In this document: piece after piece, positions 1 through 14,370 of the stretch | Layout: each line of letters opens with the position of its first letter | Position numbering within the stretch: the stretch's first letter is position 1 | From: Ascidiella aspersa | Taxonomy: Eukaryota | Direction: 5' to 3' | Assembly: GCA_963924565.1 (NCBI GenBank) | Contig: OZ004613.1 | Location: forward strand, 21,638,001 to 21,702,000 | Length of the DNA: 64,000 nucleotides | The notes under the pieces: model-generated | Seen by the model: the letters and a program-made list of their open reading frames with translations, nothing else | What the model was told of the DNA's origin: nothing | Databases searched by the model: none | Program-made: the position numbers and the translations under genes

Positions 1-3000
1 GTCACAAAGAATATCTTAAGAAAAGGGATCCTTACGCTTTAAGTGTCCATGAGAACTGGCCATATCTATTCCTAACCCACCTGAATGGACCCTCGAAATG
101 CCGGGCACGCCTGTTTACTCTTAACCGGCGGCCTAACGCATCGTCATTACATTTCGCTTCTAGTGTGTATGTGTATGGCGTTAACAATGTGAACAATTCT
201 TTCCATTGCAGCTTCTCGTGATACGTCGCCTAATACCAAACGCTGCAACCTTTCTTTTCAATAACCTAGTGTACTGACGATGATTGTTGTGTATTGCTTT
301 TAGACAAATTGCCAGTTATTAATGCTTTTGTGATCATGTTCAAGCAATAATGTTTGGGTCGTGTTCGCAGTACGTTCTATTCATGGCTAAACAAAGCCTT
401 CAAATTTGTTAGGAAAAATTTAACTGGCAGAAATCGTCTTTCCTAAATGGAACGATCGTCCACAATTGAGCAGCGTCGTAACCCGACGCCAAAGCTCTGC
501 GGGCCGCGTTTCAAAAGCTCCTTCCTTCAGGGAGCGTCTCGTGCAGAACTGAGAGTTACTGCTGCTGCGTCCAATTACAGCGTAAACGTCGTCATGTGCG
601 TACGGTTTTAATATATGCCTTTACTCAACTTTTAGTCGCGTTTCCGCGAAACTCTGTTAAACAAAGTCGATTCTCCAATCCATCAGGTGACTACGACTTT
701 TTGCGAAGAAATTGTTCGCAGGCCAAGTTATTAGACGCAAAAGTAATATTTTTTACGTACGCTGCGTTTTTTTAACTTACTTTTTAACCTGAAAAAGGGT
801 AAATAATATTTAATCGCGTGGACTTTAATTGTTAAAATTTTACCTATGTAATGTTAAGTTTTTGTTCTCTGTAATAAAGCGTTGCCGTTTGTGTAGATTG
901 GACATTGTGGCAGATCACACCGCTTTTAATCCATTGGGCTGTCAAACGTCGGTAATCCCAGGGCGATATTCCCAAACCTAAACTTTGTCTGCATTGGGAA
1001 TGACATGATTTTAAAGATATCTTAAAGCCAGCCTGTAGTGCTGCAGCATAAAGTGTGTGCCTTCCAAAAGCGCCATGTAAAATGCATGAATCCCCGGTTT
1101 CTTATTTAATCACGCGGCAGCGTTGGCCACAAAAAGCGGCTGATTCTTATGGCCACCATTGTTTTTGTGTCACCTTGAAACTTATAGCAAAGTTGGCTAA
1201 AAAATATGGAGCCGGCCGATTTTTTAAGCGGCCAGGTAAAATCAGCCAACTGTTGAATTCAACGAGCTAGTACGTTCTCTCTTTCGATATACATTATTGA
1301 TTACATCTGACTTCTAAGTACAGCAGCGCCGAGCGGCCGGCCACTGCGCCCCAGAGCTGGCAGTTCCTGGAAGCGTCTCGACGCACCCGACCAATTTGGT
1401 GCGTCATAAATACACGTTTTCGGATCACCCACGGACGTCGCTTGATCGGCTGCTTTAAGAAATCGAAATGACATCTGTCAAACGAATTGCATGGCTCTGC
1501 TCCAGTTATTTCTCTTTTTATTTGAACATGCCTAGACTGGCTGCAAAAAGTGCCCAAACCCCGGACTGTTTTTTAACCATAACCCCAAAACATTTTGAAT
1601 TGCCTAAGAAATGCGAATTGCCTTTTCAATGCTAAGTTTTTACTGGGTTAAATTAAAGTTTAAATAAGAATTATCTGTTGTCTGTACCGCAGCTCGCAGG
1701 TTCCTCAAATTGTATAATTCTTGTTTGTACAAAATAACCTAAAAAGCTTGAACGCTTTTTTGATTTTCGTAAAGGGGAAATATCAAATTGAAAAGTTGGA
1801 AGCGTATTGTGTATTTGTTCGAGACACCTGTTTTATTGTGTCAACAAGGTTTTCTTCGAAACTTTCAAAGCAATGGGGCGATTTTTTTATATTGACCACG
1901 CAGTCGGCATCCACAAAGTTAGACTGGTCCTTCTTGCTAATCCTTGATAATGTCATGAGAAACATTCTCGCTGTTTGCTTAACGTACACGTACGCCATAT
2001 CGGAATACATCAACGGGCGACCAGCACCCGTCCCAAGTAGAATGTCCAGCACGCTGTGTCGCATGCCCCGCATATGTTGGTTTAAGTCTTGTCACGACTG
2101 AAGTGCTTTTGTGCGCTCGTGTACACTGATCCCGTTGCTTGCCAAGAAACCAATGCTGGATGCGTTGATGGGTGAATGTATTAACGGACTAGGCGAAACG
2201 AAACAGTTGTTTGCCGATTCGGATGCCCAACGTGCTACGCTCTAATAAAAACGTTTTAAAACAACAATTACATACTAATCAGCCATTAGTAAGGCTGTAT
2301 GCATTGCATAACTATATAATACATCAATTTCGCGTTTGATCAAGTAATACATGGCAACCTGAATGGCGCTTTATTTGGCACAAAACGTTGCAGTTGTTGT
2401 CTTGTAACGGTTTAGGTGTGGTCGCTAGAGTGCGCTATAGGTGCGCGTTCATTGTTCTATTGGCCATACTGACTGCCATAAAAATGTGAGTGATTTTTTG
2501 TGACTGTCGATTTGGATAAGGCGCTGTTATTTCATAGCTACTTTCGAATCGTCCTTGTAGAATGTTACTCAGTCTTTCTGCCGAAGCTCTTCAATGGAAA
2601 GAATATATTTGCGTCGGCCCTTCTCGTAAATTCGACCGTTTTTCCCGTTTCGGAAAACAATGGAGCTTTCTTTTGCTGCTGTGTAAATGAATGAGCAGCT
2701 TAAAAGCCGCGTTAAAACCAACCACGGGTCTTATTTGGAGGACATGGCGCCCTTTTGTTGCGCGCGTGACGCGATTGTACTGGTCTTCCTTCCTTTTGCC
2801 GTAACCTCCTATTAAACTTAATTGTCCAAGCAATTATCCACGGAGAAATATGCTTGGGTTTTTTCGCGTATACAATCCGGATAACCACCATTACTTTCGA
2901 ATTGGAAGTTAACTTTTTTCGTTGTTGTTTTTCTCAAAGAAATAGCCCAGTGTGGAATTTTTTGTCGGCTAATTTGTTTTTGCTTACAGATGATTGACTG

Positions 3001-6000
3001 ACGTAAATTGCCCTGAAAAAACTGGCAACACTTATGTCTTTAAAATCGCGTCTTTCAATTTCCATATGGAAAAGAGCTGTAATAATTTTAACAAATGCTT
3101 GTTATGAATTGTACTCAAAACACATTTTTGAAAGATAGCTGTTCTCGGAAAAAATGTAAATGCCGTTTTTGGAATGAATACATAATGACTCACTGGCTAA
3201 TGATTTATGTGAAAATTCACCTTTTCACCAACCTAACCTCACCGCACTATAAAGGTTGCAGCGAGCCATTATCGAATGGCAAATGAAAAATCCCCCTGTC
3301 ACCGGCCAATTTCCCCTGTTGTAACGTACAGGCGTAGTATGTTCTGCACTGGGCACACTGCGCGTTCCAACCCGTCAGCGTGCTAGGCGTGTTCCGAGTA
3401 ATGCGGTTTAGTTTTTTTTATGCTTGCAACTTGCGTCTATATTGGCCGAATACGCACAGGGACTTCCGTTTACACGCTTTGACTCCTACACTGCCTTTCC
3501 TGTGCGAACACAGCTTTTATACGGGTTCAGCTGGGTTTATATAACCTCCTCTAAATCGACGGAAATAATACATTCGATATTGAGGCGACGTTACGCTGAT
3601 GTGAGATTTGTAGTATAAAACGTGTACTGGACGTCCGCATTGTTGTACAGAGTTTGCTACTCAATAATTCACGATGTCGCAGTGCTGAAATTGTCTGTGC
3701 TGCTTTATTTACAAAAAGTAAATAACCATTTTTGTAAAGTTTCATTAAGTGGATGGATTTTCGCGACCATTTTTTGTACTGATATCTACAATGAATCAAA
3801 TCGTAAACGCAGCTCTCGTCAAACTATCAAAAAGTTTGATTTACGGTGGGCGAAGAGCAGTGGTGGCGCGGCGATTACCCAGGTTTCTATATATAACCAC
3901 AATGACAGCGAGGTTATTTTAGGGGTGCTCTTCCTGTACTGCAACCAAATTTCCATTACGGTCAAAGAGTTTGCCACCAGCCCGAGTTCTAGCATATGCA
4001 ACAATGACGAAGATGTACAGTAGGTTGCATATCCGTTCAGGGTCACGAGGCCAGGAATCTACGTAAGCTCTTTTGTGATCTCTTTTGTGGCTACAAACGA
4101 GGGATTACATTATCTCGAGCATTTTAACAGTTTTTTTAACAGTAAATCCATCTATATTTTTGAAGAAAGAAAAATAGTGGGCACTGTTAAGATAACGCAA
4201 TGATAACCCTAAACCAGCGCATGTCCCGAAAAACGCTGACCTTTGGACGTTCAAAATGTATTCGTAACGTTTCTCCATGATACATTACCGGAAACCTGTG
4301 ACGACAAGGACTTTTACGTCGTCGAAATTATGCGATATGGTCTATTTTAAACCTTATGTGTCACGTTATTCGTTTAATACACAACGCGGTGTAAAACGGC
4401 CACGTTAAAGTGTTATTAATAAATATGTTTACTGTCAACCTTAAACAGGATTGACTTTTGTTACAAAGAAGTGCTACCTTAAAAGATTTAAAGAATTATA
4501 GGATTTGTTTCTCCAGTTTTTTTTTTTTTTTTTTTTTTTAAGCATTTTGTCAAGTTCAGAATGCGATGCCCAATCATTTGTTGTAATTCGCCTGCCGATT
4601 CCGATAACCTTATCCGTTTTGTTTCTTATGGATCGTAGTTGCCTTTTACGGTCACCACACGTTGGGAGAAACCTTAATAAGACCAGCTCCGAAATGTCAG
4701 CGCTCCAACATTACCTGTAATGCCCTTATTTCCCGATACGATTGGTTGGTTGTGTACAACTGTAAGGCCCAAACCCAAACCCCTTCAAATTTTTAACAGC
4801 GACCCAATGAAATGGATACGCCACTGACGCCTTCTAGTTACTGATTTTTGCTACCCTGGTTTTAAAATTGCCACTGATTCTTGTAAAGCACACATTGTTG
4901 TGTTATTAAGGAAACAGTTTGGCGACTCGGTCGTTTCATTTTCAAGACTTAATTTTTGCATAAATCAGATGCGTACTGTGGTTAAAAATACCTTGTCACA
5001 GAGGCGACATTAAGATCGCGTAATATCCTTCTGCATAATTTTAGAAACCAGTCTTCTGTTAAAACCATCTTGATCGATGTTCTCCGACAACCTTTTTCTA
5101 TCTATATTCCCCATCAGCGGTGCCAAAGCCATCTATGTTTAGTCATCCTTCGAAGGCAGTAGCAGGGCACTGCTTGTTTACCAGCCACAGGTTTAGCCAA
5201 CCGACAGGCCGATTCCTTGACCGCGAAACGGCGCTACTTAAGACGGACTCTTACTCATATCGTCGCCGTCGTAGCAGCAGGTAACTGGCCCGCCGACCCA
5301 GCGAAAACAAGTTCACGGTTTCCTTTGGGTTTGGAGGAATTGAACGACGCGAGCATTTGGCGTAGGCTCGTCTGTGCGTGTCTTCTTTGCTATCTGGCGA
5401 AAGTGAAGCTTAGAAGCGCGCTACCCGCGTATGTATCACGTTATATCGCGAATGGGGGTTGGAGGCCAAAATAGGTAAAATAGTTTCGTGCTAAGACCCT
5501 TACCGTACTCTTAACATAGTGAGAAAGTGCAAGTTAACCGCTAGTTTGGATCTAAGAAAATGTAGCTACCTACTCGCGAAAGACGTCTAAGTGCACAAAA
5601 AGCTAAACTCCAAATCTATAGTTTGAAGAATTCACGTGAAGTTAAGAAAGTGGAGGTGCTTGTACGTCTAAATGTACACTGTGGGTAAATAGTTGACGTG
5701 TCTGTTTATAGTTTACGTTGATGACACTAATCAACTAGTTAAGGCGCGACAAACAACAATCACTGCATTTTCTTTTATTTCGTAAAGCATGTGAATGTGA
5801 AGTTAATGCCCAGTTGCAATTTGATTGATGCTTTTTTTTCGTAGATATATTTGAGTAAAAATCTGTCAAATATGATATAAAACTAAGAAAAATTTAGAGG
5901 TGGTGCCGAAATTGCAAAAAATGCGGTAAATTCCTGAATCTATTCCTTGAATGGATTTATGAATTTATATATTTGTAGTTGGTAATGCGCCAAAATAATC

Positions 6001-9000
6001 TTGGCGCTGTAACTGCGTACCCGTCTCAAAAACGCACCGGACTGGGCTTACTAAGTGGATTTTCTTTCACGTCGCAGACAGAATCGTTGGTACGCAGAGC
6101 CCCCTCAAATTGGCAGTTGCTACAGTCAGATGCTAGGCTTTGGCGATACTTGCTGCTAGGTTAGGAAAACATTACACGCGGTAAAAAAATCTGAGACGTC
6201 AGTATAAATAGGCGCCCCAGAGTTTGTGTTATTAATTCTTTCATTATGCATTGACGATAACCTAAATCGTCTTGTTGTGTTTTTAATTGAACTGAATAAG
6301 ACCAAATCCCACCTAAACTATTCAGAAGTAAGACTTCTGACCTTTTTTTTTCAACCCTTAAAATCCTGATTTTTGAATAGATGGAACAAATGCCACATTA
6401 AAATCATACTCCCATTTCAAAAAAACGACCTTTGGCCACTATAAGTTTCCTGTCATCGAGCGACAATTTGTTACATTGACCGCTATCTGTCTCCGTTCAA
6501 CGTTGGGCGCCATTTCGAAGCGCAGTAAAATTCAATGCGAAGCAGTTCAAACGCTCTTCGTGTCGCAGGGTGAGAGCGAAAAAGAAAGCAAGCTGCCTAG
6601 GTCGCTTAAGGCAAAGAGTGTCGTCCGGACTCACACAGCATGTATTTTACTCCCTGGCCCAGCCTTATAAGTGCAGTGTGGCACCGATGGCCCGGTGTGC
6701 GCTTTTCAAAGCCTCTTCGAGCCAGCCAACCTCTGCGGTTTGACGATGGCCTTGTGTCGCGCTCAGATCAAACGCCGATCGCGATTGTTCGTCGTTGTTG
6801 GTCGCGGCATATTGCAGTTGTGTGCCTGACTCGGCTGGGAAGACATGTCAGGTCGCAGGTTACTTGAAAAGGTGGCAATGCGCGGTATATATGTTGTTTT
6901 TCGATGGTTTGTCACCCACAAGGTTTCAGCACAGAGCGGTTTCTCAGGCTTGCTTTTTAAAGATTTTACAGCAGGTTTGTTGTGCGGTGTAATTTCAGAG
7001 TGTATATTATGTTGTTTGAAAAAGAAAGGAAATATTATAGATCAGGATTAAGCAATTTCTGTTTCGTTCAGTTAAGTTTAGTAAATGTCATTAAAATTAC
7101 GTAATCGCGTTGTTTACCGAGCTCTAAAGGGCTGAGTTCATATACATATGCGTTGCTAATGTCAATGCGGTCCAGTTGTTGTGCAGTTTTATTGTGTGTC
7201 GACCTATAGTGTTGTTGTTGAAATGTTGGTCGACACCAATCCGACACGTACATTGCTGTATGTTGTGATACTCATTTACGGATACTAATTTACATGTTCG
7301 TTTTCGTGCTATAGCGATATTTCTCAGCGTAATTTCATTGCACTTAACTAAGTACGACAGGCATGCCCCATGTGTTGGGGTTTGGGCTGGGAGTGGGGGG
7401 TTAAGGAAAGGGTAATGTCATAAACACTTGAATAAAATTGGAACCAGTGCAACTGTAGTAGTAAAGCATGGATGACTAAACAGTGCACTTAGAAATCTAG
7501 ACCTGCCCAGCACAACAAAAATATAAACCCAACTTGATGATATTACTGTATGGTTTGTCAGTAAGCGTTATTTGTTTAGCTTAAAAAGAGGTTGGCTAAT
7601 GTCAGCAACCCCCAGCTGCCCACCTTCCTCATTCGTACTTTGCAATGTTTTGTATACAAACGTTGCTGCATTTACTGTTTGTGAGTAAGTGTTAGATCGG
7701 AGGTTTACTATTTAATCTTAGCTATTGCCCAAACTGCCTACTTTATTTCGATTTTGTGCTACCCTGCCTATCGCAGACAAGTTGTCCTGGACTTTCCGGT
7801 TGTAACCTTTTTAAAATTCAAAATTGGTCCAACTCAATTGGTATTTTGGAATCACATCCCCATTAATCGGCTGTTGCTTTAAATAACAACTACATTTGAT
7901 TACAGTTCAATGTGTATTGTTTTTCAATCCCGTGTAGAACAGAAAATCTTTGCTGCACGCGTTCGAAACATATTCTCTCCTTGACAAAATTTCGCGCGTC
8001 ATTGTTGTTCTATTTCAGGATGTATTGCGTATTATGTCGAATAGTGCCATTACCGCCTTTGCTATAAAAAAACGCTTTCGGTTTTGCATGCCGACGCGCC
8101 ATTGTTCTGTTTCGCGTCCTCTCCCGTTTAGGCGACTGCCCAACTCCGAAATTTGCAACGTGTGGTACATTTTCTGCGCCTAAGCAAGCCACGCTGCGAG
8201 ACTCTATTCTCGTTCGGTTCATACGTTATTTTCCCCAGCACTGCTTATTGTTCTTTGGGAAGAATTCGGTTTCATTGTGACCCGTATTTTCATTTCCCCT
8301 TCGCCATGCAGCTATATTAGCTTGCGTCTACTGGCAAGGACAACTTAGAGTAGCAACGTGCGACGCCGTTAACTTCCTACGATTCATCTTGGACCCGCAG
8401 TCCTACTAAAGATAGACCAGAAGTCGCTAGGATTTGTGTCACGCCACGAAATTTTGTTAGAGGGTGTGGCAACACAATGCAACGTCTTACAGCTGTTTTA
8501 GGCTTTTTGTGCTTAGTGGCGGTATTTTTTCTGTGTTTAATAAGGAAGAGTGGAGAAATGATGAGCTAATTTAGAAATATGTTTGTGTTTGGTATGATTT
8601 CTGGCTTCACGTCAATGGTCGTAGTTTGCAAAGTGATATTTATTACGTAATGTTTTAAAGGGGAGTTGAAAATGCCGAACTACTGTGACTGGCAGAGTCC
8701 CTGCTTTACTTGCAGGGAGCTTTGCTGTCATTAATTGTAAACGATAGCAGTCGAGTGATTTCATGTTACCAGGAACACCAACCCTCCACACTTTTTTTCA
8801 ACTCTTGATGGTTAAACGTAGGCTGAATTTCTTACTGAAGCTTAGATGCCGTCATTATGACCAACTGCCACTCTGCACCACGCGTTGTTTATCTGCACCG
8901 TGATGCAAGGACAGGAATTTGCGCTATTCCGTTGCGCGTCGCAATGCCTCGTTGTTGACTTCTCTTTTCATTTGGCAAACGCCTACGATAAGTCGGAAGC

Positions 9001-12000
9001 TCGAAGCCGCTTTGTGCGTACGTAGAGCCACGTGAGGCTTAGAGAAGGTAGAGATATGTGCAGGCTGCAGCCAGTTGTGGACCTTTTGTGATATTGTGTT
9101 CGCCTAGCCTAGAAGAAGCCCTCCATTCCCAGTCTAGTTTCGCGGTGTATTTAGTTTCTAATCTGGTGATTCGTGTTGCCAGTCGCCCGCGCGAATTTGG
9201 TTCGCGTATTTGCCGACACAGCTGGGGCGCTCGTATACTCTGTGTAGTGTTTATGTATTGTAGGGATTGTAGGCCTTGTTTCATCGAAAGTTTTGTCTTG
9301 GTGCATCAATATAGAAGTCGAAATAATTCTCGCTCTTTCTTGTACATTGTGTAAAGCCAAGTACAATTAAAATGTTTCATTTTCTAGAAAAAAGTTCTAT
9401 CGTTTATATATATACGTGACGTCACTGCGAAAGCTGCACAATTGCGAATCGTGATTTAAGTCGGCCAGTTTAGAAACCGAAGAAGGAAAGTAACTTGAAT
9501 GTATCATCCAGTCAGTTCTGTAAGTCATGTTTGAGTGTTCAGACGAAACTGCTGCTGGTGTTTTTTTATAGTTAATTACCAAAAGCGGATTTCGGTTATT
9601 AATGTTAGGTTAGGATTGTTTCTCTTATTGTCTTTGAGCCTAGGTAGTTGTTTCGAAAGAATGGACATGGTATCTACTTCTGAGTTTAATAGGCAGGAAT
9701 AGAGAGTAAATACCTATTAAACAAAACATGACTTCTGCCAAAATATATTTGTACTTTCAACATTTGACGTCATATACAGGTCGTTTTCTTTGAGGTGAAT
9801 GGCATGGAACGAATGCAGTACATTCCACGATGAACATACATTAAGGCAAATATTTAATAGTAGGACGTCAAAACGTTATAGAAAAATATAATTTCCAGAA
9901 GGGCTGTTTTTATTTATATTATACTTGGCAGTAGTACTTTGCATTTATTAAATGATAATAATAATAAATGAAGATGTTAGGTTTGTTGCAAGCCTAAACG
10001 TGTTTTTTTTTGTGTAAGCGGAACAGCGAAAGGTCAAAATACGTATGGTTCAGCGGTCCGCCCATACTTAAACTCTGATCCTCAGCGTCGGTTGATCGCT
10101 CAGACATACCTGCAGACCCCCGCGGTTAAGGATCATCTCCCAAATCGTGATAGGCCGCTTCCCCCGAAAAGCTTACCCTTGGCCGGGTTTATGCAATCCT
10201 TACTCGGCACATTTTAGCCTCCCGGTTATTTCTTCCACTCCCGACATATTGCCCTAAAGGAGATAAAATTCGGTTAAATGCAATCTTACCTAAATTTGAA
10301 ATAACTTTTAAATTAGGTGATAGTTTCGTCTTAGTTTGTTTAATCTATTAAAGTTTCCTTCGCTAAACGATAATCGAGTTAATAATGTTCGTTACGAAAT
10401 TTTTCATCTGACTCGCAGGTTTTATGGCTTTCGTCCCCTAGAGATAGCAGCGGCAATAAAATACAGAGCTTCCTTTGGCGTTCGACCAGAAAGAAAACAA
10501 CAGGCGATGCTGGCACCGTAGCCGTGTGCGCCCGAGCGGAACGTCGCGCCTAGAGTGCGCCCCATTCAGCGGCAGTCCAACCATTCCCTCGGGCGTGGAA
10601 CCGTAACTGCGTTTTGCTGCCACCAGCGTTAAGCTCACTCGTACTCAGGCATATCCGTCGGCTGTGTTTTAACCCTAAACTCAAATCGGGTCTTTTCGTT
10701 GTTTCTTTCCCGGTTTCTGGTGTATAGTGTAACACTTTTAACGCTAAAAGAAAATTGCGGCTTTACGACCTTTGTGTGGCAAATTGCCTAAAAGGTTTGT
10801 CGAAAATGTCACGGACCACTTAACTCTATGTGTTTTGTTGCTAGTAATCCTTTCAAATTTCGTATGAGCTATTTGCTTCATCTATACTACGTTTAAAAAC
10901 CTGCTAAAGAGGAAAACAATCTTTTATGTGTCAGAAATTTTGCTCGTGTCAGGAAGTTGTTCAAAAAATAATTTGCCTAAATATAATGTTGTTTGTAACA
11001 ATAACCCTTGTGGGCCACCATTGAGTAGGTTTGTCGTACCTTACTTTTCAATAACAAGCGTTCTTTATGTCATTTAGTTTCTAACCTCTCCTTTTACCAA
11101 TCTCACCTACACAACGAAAGTTGAAACGCGCGATCGGCCGGGAAGGCGTGTATTCGCCAATCGGTGTGCGTTTGCAGTGGCCTGTCCGCGCCTTGGCATT
11201 CTTGCCGTCCTGCGTTAGGATGCCAACAGTGTGCTTCCTTGCCGTTGGAATGTCAACATACCTGCGTGTGGGTGTCATCGCTCTCGTCTGCTTAACTTGC
11301 CGGAAAGATAGGCCGTCTTCGGTGGCTCGAGGAAAAACGACAGAGCCTTGTGTTTCAGCAGCCGAACGCAAAGGTTTAAGCGGTTAAGTCGTTACGGTGT
11401 GCTGGCAGAGCGTCGAGTTTGGCTTGATCGACAAGCCTTGAGCCTTCTAACGCCGATCAGTTGAAAAATGAGAGCACTGCTGGTGCATAGCCCTGTCGAG
11501 GCAAGGTACCAGTTGACGTGTAATGCTGTTTTGCGGATTTTCTTTGCACTTGGGCGCATTTGACAGTATAATGCGATATAGCTATCTAGTAGCGCTAAAC
11601 AGCCTGTTCTGTTGATATTTTGTTGCCTATATTAACTTTTAGTCGTATAATCGCGTTTACTTTACTAAGTGAAAGCTCTTGTGGGCTGTATGCCTGACGT
11701 TTTATGTGTACGTTTTTGAACAGACATTGTTTATTGAGCTGCAAGGTTTTACGTTTCAGTTACCTAGCTGTTTCGCGGAATAGCCGGAGAAAATTGTGTT
11801 TATTGTCGCAATGCCAGCGAAAGGCCTGCCGTTTGTGTACGCGCCGCGGAGTGGCTTTAGTTCGTGGAAATGATTTACCCCGTCAGCAGGCAAATGCCCG
11901 ATGCTCTGTTGTCAAATAAACGTGACACCTTATCGACTCAAGGATGCGGATTTGTTTGACACACTGATCCTTAATGACGGCTACAGTCGAAAGCACTGCG

Positions 12001-14127
12001 AAATTGTATTGCCTCGTCTTATCGACGACACGCCCGCACGTTCGTCAGTCTATGATATAGTTGTACACTCGGATCGGCCTATCTTGATCGAACTTTGCTC
12101 CAATCTCGAAATCTCGCTTCCGTTGCTGGATGTTAATCATGCCAGGCGTCGTCATTGCCATTACTACTGCCTCTTTTAGTGATCCCGGGATTGCAGTGAA
12201 AGCAACTGTTCCTTACCCGGTCGACTAAGAATGTGTAGGAATTGTTTGCTTTGTCGTAAGAGTTTAAATATCGGGACTAACTTTCAATATGACCGTCCCA
12301 GGCTTTACGTGCTTCCAAAGAAGTTAGTATATCGTGTCATCGTTTAAGTTTTGTCGGTAATCTTAACGGAATTTTAACGAATTATATCAGACCGAAATGA
12401 CTTATTTTGGCGGTTTAAATGCCACCAAGTGTAACACTTCTACAGAGAGTTTACCACTGGCTCATGACAACTTGAACAGTGCTCTATTTTTTTTAATTGT
12501 TACATGGCTATTTTGGCAAGTTGAGTCCATCAGCTCGCTTGTGAAGCCAGCTTTTCTCGAAGAAACAACCGCTGATTGTCGTTGTGGTGCCAATCTTAAT
12601 TGCGTACAAGCGTTGCTCACCGCAGTGCAAAACAATGAACGGCAGTTAGAGCTAGACAAGGGTACAGCGTCCAACTGTCTAATCCCTTCCGTGTCTGTAG
12701 CACTCCGGCAATGGTACTAGCGGATATTCGTGAAAGCAGTAAATCAAAAGCCATAGTTACAGCTTTAGCCCCGTCTGCCCTCGCCAAAGGTAAAAGGGTT
12801 GGTCACCTCTGCGAATAGACTGCTGCGAGAGGTAAAGCCTACGCGTTCTATTATTGATATTCGCAAAAGCGCGTCTAACGCCAAAGCTGAAATCCCTGGA
12901 TTGGACCAAGATGAGCTAGTTCTTTTTTGTAAAACTTTTTTTTTTTTCGAAGTTTCTTACATCGTTTAGATTTTCAGCAGCTCAAAGAATGTCATTGCTC
13001 CTTTTTGAAGTTCCCACGGCGACCTTGTATTATTATTTATGTAGAGGTGGGCGCCTTAAATCAGTAAAACCTGACGGACCCGATGCGTTTTTCTGTTGCT
13101 GTTTGGAAGAGAAACCCGCGACGCGGAAAAGGAACAGGCGGGTATACTGCAGAAAGGCCGGACGAATCGAGTGTAAACATGGAGAGATAAATATAACTTT
13201 CGTTGCAGCGGAAATTGGATATCTGTGGGAAGACTGGTCCTGCAGTCTCGCTAGTCTGTCCGGTCAGTGTTATGCTTGGGCAAAATGGTCATGTCTTTCT
13301 CTGTGTTTTGGTGCAACAAGATTCGTTTATTTTCAACATTATATTTTTTCCTAAAAAAAGCAATAACTTTGATGTGGAACAAATCGTCGAATTTTAGGAA
13401 TTTCTAAAGCCAAATTTGACCGAAAAATGATTACAGAAAGAAATTCTCGTCGTGATAGAAAAGTTAAAGACTACCGATAGTAAACCTATTCGAGGTTCCT
13501 CATTAAGAATTGGCTCCAACTAGCTCACAATCCTAATTCCATGTAATTATTTCTCCTGGAGCTGGAAAAGTCGGGGAGATATGCGACAGAGACGAGCTGT
13601 TTTTAGCGCTTTAAATAGACCGCCGTAATACACTCGCTTGCGCGTTTCAAGACACCAGGCAATTTCGTCCAAATCGCGATCGCTCGTTGCGGCAATTAAA
13701 CGCATTGGCGCGGCGGTATGTCATCGCCTCTGGGTAACAATAGTCGATCCGCCGCTGTCCGCCCAAGAGCTCGCAACACGCAGTCGAGCTGCCGGTAAGC
13801 AGTAAGTGGCGTCGCCGAAAGCTTGTATTGTTGCAACGGCGGCGCGAGAGTAGCGTTTCGGTGTTGGCTTGCAGCTGCACAAAGGACGCACAGCGTTTAG
13901 TAAATGCTGGCTTTGCACGACAATGGTCGTAGAAACGACGGCTTTGCGCTGCTTGACAGGGTTTAGTGCAGCTAGTTTGCGGTTAAGCTAACGTTCTACC
14001 GCACTTTTCGGTTTTGAGTAGATTAGGTATTTTGAAAGTGTTAGCTGATGTACTGTTGACTGGCAATATGTAAGGTTATACCACTGCAGGGCGCTTATTA
14101 GAAGTCCTGGTTGTAAATAGCGAAAGG

Positions 14128-14370
14128 ATAGTCTTTCCTTCACCGTGCGGGGTTTGGGAAGTTTAGCAGCTGATTGAAAAACTGCTGCTTTCAGATTTTT
14201 GTTATTGAAAACGCTAACAATTTAGCCACAAGGTGTAAAGGTTTGCGCGAATAGTCTTTCCTTCACTATGTGGACTTTGGGAAGTAAGCTGATTTTAAAG
14301 ACTGCTGCTTGCGGATTGTTCTACCAAAAGTCGTTACCAGTTTAGCCGCCACGTGGAAAGGTGTACGTGG
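14128..14370. repeat. Diverged tandem duplication (~123-bp unit)
   Basis: atagtctttccttcac...tttgggaagt...gctgatt...actgctgctt...tttagcc at 14128 and again at 14251. Confidence 0.7.

Noticed and set aside
1324-1398. 75-nt open phase 2/2 segment ending tg|gtgcgt as a cassette exon
   Set aside because: Poor acceptor, no in-frame ATG, and no similarity to RAPGEF proteins.
9668-9710. WYLLLS peptide resembling the conserved RAPGEF WYILLSGSV exon
   Set aside because: Followed by LIGRNRE-stop with no suitable splice sites; the real exon is probably upstream of the window.
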